From assembly GCA_001871075.1 (NCBI GenBank), contig MNUP01000123.1, forward strand, positions 1 to 58,779: a DNA stretch of 58,779 bases, written 5' to 3'. Positions within the stretch are counted from its first letter, which is position 1. Each line of letters begins with the position of its first letter. Both the position numbers and the translations under genes were made by a program. Origin of the DNA: Candidatus Desantisbacteria bacterium CG1_02_49_89 (lineage in GTDB: Bacteria > Desantisbacteria > UBA1551). The notes under the pieces are model-generated. The model made no database searches and was not told where the DNA came from. It saw only the letters and a program-made list of their open reading frames with translations. Below are positions 18,505-26,077 of the stretch, piece after piece.

Positions 18505-19040
18505 CAGCCCTACTTTGCCCGCCCTTGTCCGCCAACGCTTGCTGGGCGGAAACTTGAGAATGGTTCAGGGGTAGCCGCAGGCTTGAGCCTGCGTTTGTAG
18601 CCGCAACCTTTTCGAAGACCCCCGCCAAACTGACTGGCGGGCAAGCTGCAAATCTTTAAGGAGGGAGGTTGCGTTTTGTAGGGGCTTGATTTACCTGTCC
18701 GCCAGTAAGTTTGGAGGATCACGCCCGATTATTTCATAGTTTTGGGAGTAGGGGCTTTAGCCCCGTTGTTTTACGACCCTTAAGGGTCTACTCCTAAAAG
18801 AAGTTCTTTTAACTTGAAGATAAAAGAAGATAGAAAAGTATAAAATACATAAAAATCACCTTTAATCTTGACAATTAGCGATTTCGGGTTATAATACGTA
18901 TATACCCAATTCTTCCCATTCAATTCCCTAACCCATATTCTTCTTCCCATTCTATATCGTATTTTGTAGGGCAAACCTTCAGGTTTGCGTTTTGTAGCGG
19001 TGCGATTTATCGCACATTTCCCCCTAATTAAAGGGGGATA
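18505..19040. repeat. Stack of diverse GTAG-type REPs and mini-hairpins
   Basis: GTAG hairpins at 18571, 18597, 18678, 18966 and 18994. GGAGTAG..CTACTCC doublet at 18745-18794. CCCCCT..AGGGGG hairpin near 19020. Confidence 0.7.
18868..18895 (+). promoter_or_regulatory. Sigma70 promoter upstream of the RHS relic
   Basis: TTGACA-16 nt-TATAAT. Confidence 0.6.
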
Positions 19041-19254
19041 GGAGTTCAATTTGGCTAAGCCATCCCTTTGGGACATTGAACCCGAAGAGCCAGAGAGGAG
19101 AGCCAATAGGGCAGAAATTGTAAACGCCCGGGGGATTTTTGTTTTTAAGTAAAAGAATAGAAGAATTAGGCTATTGCTGTCCGAAGATCCTGATACATGC
19201 CAATCGGGACAATGCTTCAGACAGGGAGAATAGCGGGATTTATAAAACAAACAT

Positions 19255-19302
19255 AAGGCGCTGAATCCGCCAAAGTATTAGTGGCGGACGGGCGCCTTTT
19301 TT
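19255..19302 (+). terminator. Intrinsic terminator/attenuator upstream of the RHS relic
   Basis: AAGGCGC..TCCGCCA..TGGCGGA..GCGCCTT followed by a T-run. Confidence 0.55.
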
Positions 19303-19354
19303 ATTAATGAAGAATAAGAAAATTTAGGGTTGTTTTATTTAATAAGGATAAATA

Positions 19355-21820
19355 ATGAAAGTAAATAGCAGGAAATATTATTTGTGGGGGAAGATTTCTT
19401 CTAGTTTACATATGATCGTAAAAGTGTTATTTTTTATTTTTACTTTCACGCTAATTGCAGTTGCAGGCGAAGCGTCTTATATGCTTGTGGTAAATGTAAA
19501 ACCCAGTGTAATTTATAATGGTGATGTGTGCACAATAACAGCTAAAGTGACAAAATCAGGTTACCCATGTAAATCTATTAACACAACTTTTTATACAGGT
19601 GTGCAAGGAGGATATTTTCTTTCAGCGGGAGGAATTCCCATTTCAACTAAATTAAGCTATGTCATTGCTGGAACCAATTCTTCGGGGGAAGCAACCGCTA
19701 CTTTTACAGCCACAAGAACAGATAAATATAAAATAAACATTGACTGTTGGGGCCGGATCCTGATGTCGGAACGCCATATATTAACTTAAGTAGCTCAGTA
19801 GAAGTAATATGCTATTTTAGTTCTTCAAGCGTAATAGGTATACCTGTAAAGGGAACTCAAAGATTAGTTAGAAATGTAAATAGCTTAAATGGAAATCTCT
19901 GTTTTTCTGTTAGGGATTTTGAATTACACGGCAGAGGTCCAGATATAAAGCTTACTAGGACCTATAACAGTAAATCTGATGCAATTGGAATATTTGGCAA
20001 AGGATGGACCACTAACTATGATATGAAAATTCTTAATCCAAAGCAAACTACATTCTCAATTGGCGATTCTGTTTATCTCTTGAATCAATCTGGCGCTATT
20101 CAAGCTTTCAGATGTGTGGCGACAGGACCTACGTTCTATGATGCAAAATTTAAGGCACCCTCGGGCATTTACCTTTGGCTTTCATTAGAGAACAACGGAA
20201 ATGATTATGTGGTTAAGGATAAATACAGAACAAAATATTATTTTATAAATAATGAGACTAGTTCATCATCATGTAATGGTTATCTAAAAAAATAAAGGAC
20301 AAGAACGGCCATGAATTAAATTTATCGTGGTCTTCTTCAAGCGGTTGTCCTGCTCTTAGTTCAATAACAAGTCCAAGTAGAAATAATTTTACTATTAATT
20401 TAACTAATAGCCTATATCAATTAGCACGTTCGAATGAGCCTGGTATACCACCTACATACTACAAGATTTCAGTAATCAATAGCATCTCCTTTGAAGGACG
20501 GACTTATTGTTACACTTATGAACAAAAAGATCAAAATGTATTATATGCCTGGCCATACCTTTCTGAAGTATGGGTTCAAGAAACTAATAACGCGCAAAAA
20601 TATTATCATTCCATATATAACGGTTGACGGTTCACCAATATTAAGCAGTGCGATAAGAACAACTTATGGTTATGACCTAAAAGGAAATCCAATAAAGGTT
20701 AAGAAATATGCCTCCAATAACCAGTGCTTACAAACAGTTCAATACGAATATGACTGGCTCAATAGAATTGTGTCAAGAATTGAACCTGACCAACAACAAG
20801 GTATAGCCAAGACAACAAGATATACTTATTCTTGGGCTTACAATTTAGCTAAAGAAATAATTAGTAAGAATGGAGATGGCATACTAAATCACCTTGATTG
20901 TTTTGGTAGAGTAATTACTTGCCAGAATACAAAAGGAGACGGTTCCGAGATAGAGGAATTTAGATACGATGCAAATAATAATGTAATATATACCGCAGGT
21001 CCTTACGGAGTAATATCTTATTCTTACAACGATCTTGATAGGTTAATAAATGCGACATATCAATACAAAAACTGCCCTCAGGTGATTATTGGGTATGGTT
21101 ATGATAAAGTTGGAAATCGCACAGACATGACTCGTTTTTTGGGTGGCTTGGGCGAACATCTCCTCGAGATGGACTACACCTATGATTTTGCTAATCGTCT
21201 GACAAGTGCTACCAATTCATTATTCGGCACCGTTGACTATACATATGACAAAGCAAGTAACCGTAAAACAATGACTTACCCAAATAAAGTTGCAAAAATT
21301 ACATATGATTACGATTCTAAGAACAGAATTATAAACATAACGTATAAAGATAAAAATGGTGCTACGATATCTTTAGTTAATTATGACTATTACAACAATG
21401 GTAATCGTGCATCAATGTCCAACGAATTAGGTACTTCGAATTATGAATATGATGGTCTTGACCAAATAACTAAAGTAATCACTCCCAGATGGGGAACACA
21501 CTCGTATGAATATGACGACTTGGGAAATAGGATTTTATATTCAAGCACAGAATTAGGTATATATGGTGAAACAGTGTTTATCGGTTCCTCAGAAGGTAAG
21601 TTATTTTCTTTAAACCGCAAGACAGGGACAAAAGGCTGGGAATATATTGCAAAAGGAACTATTCATTCAACACCTGCTGCAGGAAATGGAATAGTCTGCT
21701 TTGGTTGTTCCGATGGTTATTTTTATGCCCTTAATATAAGCGATGGCAGTCTCAAATGGAAATATTACATCGGCAACAGTATCAATTCCTCTCCCGCCAT
21801 TTCAGGTACCAACGTATATC
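19355..21820 (+). pseudogene. RHS/YD-repeat protein relic (N-terminal hydrophobic/signal segment, Ig-like, DUF6531, YD repeats, PQQ-like propeller repeats)
   Basis: DUF6531-like VNSLNGNL..LTRTYNS..FGKGW. YD repeats YDWLNRIV, YDKVGNRT, YDFANRL. PQQ-like VFIGSSEGKLFSL and FGCSDGYFYALN..DGSLKW. Frameshifts near 19755 and 20290 (A-run), a frame change near 20625, and a missing 3' end. AT-rich. Confidence 0.8.
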
Positions 21821-22286
21821 CGCGCTTGGCATAGCCGCAGACCTTGGCCTGCAATACAAGCTGAACAAGGAAGGTCTGGTTATGGGTCTTGCCCTGCAAA
21901 ATATGGGCTACGAAGCTCCATTCATTTTAGAAGCAAGCGTTCTGCCTATAAACCTGAAGGTGGGCATATCGAATAGATGCCTGCCTGATAAATCAGAGCA
22001 GGGCAAGCCCTGCAGCTACAAATTAATTCTCGCAGCTGACCTGAATTACTCCATCCTTGATTCCATCTGGGCTGTAGGTGCGGGTGTTGAATACTGGGTG
22101 CATCCAGTGCTTGCCATAAGGGCAGGATACAAGTATAACAGCGCGATAAACAACACCCTGGGAGCTCTTGCCGGCTTAACCTGCGGTGTCGGCTTCAAGA
22201 TCGGCATATTGGGCATCGATTACGCCCTCGTTCCTTACGGGGACTTGGGGTATACTCACCGAATTTCGCTCATTGCGAAATTCTAA
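21815..22286 (+). pseudogene. C-terminal fragment of a PorV/PorQ-like outer-membrane beta-barrel
   Basis: GIAADLGLQY..GLALQNMG..LPINLKVG..GVEYW..AIRAGY..GIDYALVPYGDLGYTHRISL..KF. No N-terminus or start codon. Confidence 0.75.
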
Positions 22287-22532
22287 CGCAGTCGAGTGAA
22301 TGTCCGGCGGAATCCGGTCCCTGCTGCTGTCTTGCGACAGCAAGATGCTGGGACGTCGCTAAACCGTCCCGATTTATTCATCGGGATAGCGACCCTTACG
22401 GGGATCTGGGTTATTCACATCGAGTATCGATTATCTCCAGATTTTAAAATGAAAATCCGCTAATTTTTTAAGGCTTGCTAAATTTAGTTTGTAACTGAAT
22501 TTAGCAGCGTCCCGACCTTTCAAACTATTTAA

Positions 22533-22868
22533 AACCAGACCGCCTGAAAAGGCGGTTTTTTCTCCCCAAGGGGACTTCGGCTGCGCTTCAGGCTACGCCT
22601 CAGCTTGACCCGCCTTGCGAAAATAGGCGAGGTCTTCGTCTCTGAGCTTGAAAGTGGGGTTTTTTCTCCCCAAGGGGACTTCGGCTTCGCCTCAGCTTGA
22701 CCCGCCTTGCGAAAATAGGCGAGGTCTGCGTCTCTGGGTTTAAAAGTATGCTTTCTCCTTGCTCCCTCGCAGCTCCGATGTAAAATCGGAGCAGGCTGCA
22801 GGGATCTGCGTCTCTGGGTTTAAAAGTATGCTTTCTCCTTGACAAACGCGGGTTTTTGATGTATAATA
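22533..22868 (+). repeat. Terminator-hairpin-promoter module, copy 1 (with internal tandem duplications)
   Basis: Terminator ACCGCCTGAAAAGGCGGTTTTTT, several hairpins, then TTGACA(22839)-17-TATAAT(22862). Repeated at 24303-24534. Confidence 0.85.
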
Positions 22869-22913
22869 ATGTCATATACAAATGACAAATTTACAGAAAT
22901 TTATCATATAGAA

Positions 22914-24236
22914 ATGGAAAAAGACAAAATTATTGAAATATTGGGCAACTGGAATTTCTGGAACAGGGACCTTGATGCAGGAATCCCACGAGTTAGCTAT
23001 TTAAGCAAAATGCAGGAAATGGCTGATACCGGAAAAATAATTTCTATTACCGGTGTCAGAAGAAGCGGGAAATCAACCCTGATAAAGCAGATGGCTAAAG
23101 CAATAATTATGAAGGGGATAAATAAGGAAAACATCCTGCTTATTAATTTTGAAGAACCCTATTTTGAAAATGCAAACCTTAATATGCTTGTGGAAATATA
23201 CAATGCCTATTTAGAGATTATAAAACCGACCCAGAAACCATTCCTGTTTCTTGATGAGGTGCAGAACGTAGAAAAATGGGAGAAGTTCGCGAGGAGCATG
23301 ACCGAGAAAAACGAGGCATTTGTGACAGTTACGGGCTCATCATCAAAATTGTTGAGCAAGGAACTGGCAAGCATACTAACCGGCAGGCAGCTTTATTTTG
23401 AAATTTTTCCTTTATCCTTCGGAGAATTTTTAAGTTTCAGCGGAATTGAGATTAAGGACAAGAAGGATATTCCGTTAAATTCACTCAATATAAGGAAGTC
23501 ATTCAGAAATTACCTATACTGGGGCGGTTTTCCGGAGATTGTTTTAAATAAAAGCGAGGACATCAAGCGCAGGATATTGCTGAGTTATTATGAGGACATT
23601 ATAAACCGGGACATCATACAGCGATATAAGATAAAGAAGAGCGGCAAGTTAAAAACCCTTGTGCATTTTTATCTGAGCAACCCCTCTTCTTACGCAAGCT
23701 TTAATAAGATTTCAAAATTCATTGATTTGCCGGTGGAAACCGTAAGGCGGTTCTCTTCCTATATAGAAGCGTCAAATCTGGTCTTTTTTGTTAAAAGATT
23801 TTCCTATTCACTTAAGGAGCAGGAAAACAGCCCGCGGAAGATTTATTGCATTGACAATGGCCTTTCTGAGATAGCAGGTTTTAAATTCTCCGGGAACCTG
23901 GGCAGGCTTGCGGAGAACGTTGTTGCGCTGAAACTTAAACGGATGGTTTCCTGGAATCCGGCCATGGAGTTTTACTACTGGAAGAACCATTACGGCGACA
24001 AGGAGGTAGATTTCGTTATTAAAGAGGGTAAGTCAGTCAAAAGCCTTATTCAAGTGTGCTGGGATATAGAAGATGCCCGGACAAAAGAAAGAGAGCTGAA
24101 GGACCTGGTGAAAGCAATGAATGAGTTCGGCCTTAAAACAGGAATAATTGTGACTGAGGGTTCAGAAGGGACAGAAAAAATAAAAGGCAAAACGATAGTT
24201 TATCAGCCGCTGTGGAAATATCTTTTAGAAGAATAA
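22914..24236 (+). CDS. AAA+ ATPase with DUF4143 and a C-terminal PD-(D/E)XK-like motif
   Basis: Walker A GVRRSGKST, Walker B LFLDEVQ, TGSSS, GGFPE, KIYCIDNG, EVDFV..IQV. ATG 22869 is too close to the -10 box to be the start. Confidence 0.9.
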   Translation: MEKDKIIEILGNWNFWNRDLDAGIPRVSYLSKMQEMADTGKIISITGVRRSGKSTLIKQMAKAIIMKGINKENILLINFEEPYFENANLNMLVEIYNAYLEIIKPTQKPFLFLDEVQNVEKWEKFARSMTEKNEAFVTVTGSSSKLLSKELASILTGRQLYFEIFPLSFGEFLSFSGIEIKDKKDIPLNSLNIRKSFRNYLYWGGFPEIVLNKSEDIKRRILLSYYEDIINRDIIQRYKIKKSGKLKTLVHFYLSNPSSYASFNKISKFIDLPVETVRRFSSYIEASNLVFFVKRFSYSLKEQENSPRKIYCIDNGLSEIAGFKFSGNLGRLAENVVALKLKRMVSWNPAMEFYYWKNHYGDKEVDFVIKEGKSVKSLIQVCWDIEDARTKERELKDLVKAMNEFGLKTGIIVTEGSEGTEKIKGKTIVYQPLWKYLLEE

Positions 24237-24302
24237 AAGCGAAATAGTGTTTAAGCGTTGAATATTGAATTATTCTCCTGACTTCACCTGTTCATCCTGA
24301 GT

Positions 24303-24534
24303 AACCAGACCGCCTGAAAAGGCGGTTTTTTCTCCCCAAGGGGACTTCGGCTTCGCCTCAGCTTGACCCGCCTTGCGAAAATAGGCGAGGTCCGCGTCTC
24401 TGAGCCCTAAAGTGGGGTTTGCACTTGCTCCCTCGCAGCTCCGATGTAAAATCGGAGCAGGCTGCAGGGATCTGCGTCTTTGGGTTTAAAAGTATGCTTT
24501 CTCCTTGACAAACTCGGGTTTTTGATGTATAATA
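24303..24534 (+). repeat. Terminator-hairpin-promoter module, copy 2
   Basis: Same terminator and hairpins as copy 1, with TTGACA(24505)-17-TATAAT(24528). Confidence 0.85.
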
Positions 24535-24584
24535 TACACCACTACTTATGAAGCAATGGAAAATAAACCAAGGAGCATAATAAT

Positions 24585-24839
24585 ATGAAAAGGACACAGA
24601 TCTACATATCAGAAAGGGAGGCGTCAGCCCTGTCAAGCATAGGCGCCATAACGAAGAAGTCCGTAAGCGAGCTCATACGCGGGGCCATTGACCAGCTGTA
24701 TATAAACGACAGGACCGTGCATTTTGACCAGATAGTCCGCGAGGTAGGCGGCATCTGGAAAAAGAGGAAAGACAACGGCGGGGCATACGAATACGTCAGG
24801 GGCCTGCGTTCGGACAGGCGCTCGCAAGCGGCAAAATGA
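24585..24839 (+). CDS. CopG/RHH antitoxin (VapB-like)
   Basis: MKRTQIY..SVSELIRGAID..GIWK..YVRGLR. Confidence 0.85.
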   Translation: MKRTQIYISEREASALSSIGAITKKSVSELIRGAIDQLYINDRTVHFDQIVREVGGIWKKRKDNGGAYEYVRGLRSDRRSQAAK

Positions 24840-25243
24840 ACAAATACCTGATAGACACGGATGTTTTGATCGAACTCCTCAGGGGAAAACAGAAGGTAAT
24901 TTCCTATCTTGATAACCTTCATAAAGAAGGCAGTGCTTTTTTCTATTCCCCCGTCACAAAAGCGGAGATTTTCCACGGCATCAGAAAGGGCGAGGAGGGA
25001 AGGATCAACCTGCTTTTTAGTTCCATGGAATGCGTTCCTGTTACGGACGAGGTCGGGGAAAAGGCGGGTTTATACCTGAAACAGTTCCGGTCCGGTCACA
25101 GCACCCAGATGGGAGACGCCATCATCGCCGCGTCTGCTTTTTACGCGGGCGCGGTTCTTGTTACGTGCAATGAAAAGCATTATCCGATGAAAGACATTAA
25201 GATTGTCATCCCGGTTAAGCAAACAAAGGCGCGGCTACAGTAA
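24836..25243 (+). CDS. VapC PIN-domain toxin
   Basis: YLIDTDVLI, T.AEI..G, GDAIIAA and LVTCNEKHYP motifs. Confidence 0.9.
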   Translation: MNKYLIDTDVLIELLRGKQKVISYLDNLHKEGSAFFYSPVTKAEIFHGIRKGEEGRINLLFSSMECVPVTDEVGEKAGLYLKQFRSGHSTQMGDAIIAASAFYAGAVLVTCNEKHYPMKDIKIVIPVKQTKARLQ

Positions 25244-25279
25244 GAAATATATTAGAACAGTAGATATGAAGAGGGCTGA

Positions 25280-25840
25280 ATGAACACAAAGAACCCGCCG
25301 GAATTCAAAAAATTGAAGTCGATCGCAGAGCCATTCAAAAAAAGGCTTTATTTTGTCGGCATACTGACCAGGTATCTTAAGGGGGAAGCGGTAAAACCGG
25401 TTGTGGTCGGCGGTAACGCCGTAGAATTCTACACGTTCGGAGGTTATGCGACAGGGGATATTGACATCGTGTATCCGGAAACAGAGGCAGCGGGAAGCCT
25501 GCTTCGCGGATGGGGATTTAAAAAAGAAGGCAGGCACTGGTTTTCTGAGGATCTGGACATTATGATTGAAATACCTTCTTCCATGCTTGAGCCCGCGGAG
25601 AAAAAGAACGTCGTAAAAATTTTGGTGGAAGGGCTGGACGTTTATATAATCGGTATAGAGGATCTTATCGTGGACCGGCTGAATTCTTTTGTATGGTGGA
25701 AATACGCCAGAGACGGAGAATGGGCGGCTGAACTGATGGAAATCCACGATAAAAAGATTGACTGGAAATACCTGCGTAAGCGCAGCAGAGAAGAAGGCAC
25801 GCTCCATGCTTTGGCCAGGCTGAGGAAGAAGAAAAAATGA
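25280..25840 (+). CDS. Nucleotidyltransferase-fold protein (DUF6036-like)
   Basis: VVVGGNAVEFYT.G.YATGDIDI, EDLIVDRL and IDWKYL motifs. Confidence 0.75.
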   Translation: MNTKNPPEFKKLKSIAEPFKKRLYFVGILTRYLKGEAVKPVVVGGNAVEFYTFGGYATGDIDIVYPETEAAGSLLRGWGFKKEGRHWFSEDLDIMIEIPSSMLEPAEKKNVVKILVEGLDVYIIGIEDLIVDRLNSFVWWKYARDGEWAAELMEIHDKKIDWKYLRKRSREEGTLHALARLRKKKK

Positions 25841-26067
25841 GAAATTACGGGGATTTTGACAGATACGCAAGGGCAAACAGAAAGAAATATGCCGAGGCAA
25901 GAGGAAGGGTGCTTGTCTTGAATATTAAAAAGGACGGCTGCAAGCCGAAAGACGCAGACGAGATGAAGATTCTGCGCATTCTTGCGTCTGCCAGAATGAA
26001 ACGCTGGCAGAGAGAAGGGAAATTTAAAATAATTGGTCCGCGCGAATACGCGTTAAAAATATTTTAA
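25837..26067 (+). CDS. Small basic hypothetical protein
   Basis: 4-nt overlap with the NTase gene. Ends 10 nt before valS. Confidence 0.55.
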   Translation: MRNYGDFDRYARANRKKYAEARGRVLVLNIKKDGCKPKDADEMKILRILASARMKRWQREGKFKIIGPREYALKIF

Positions 26068-26077
26068 AGAGGCAAAA

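Noticed and set aside
18966-18990. c-di-GMP-I riboswitch (GGCAAAC)
   Set aside because: It is a GTAG REP hairpin (GCAAACCTTCAGGTTTGC) and lacks the second riboswitch stem.
22533-24534. CRISPR array or integron attC sites
   Set aside because: There are only two long copies with internal duplications, no regular repeat-spacer period, no cas or intI gene, and no clear attC core-site geometry.
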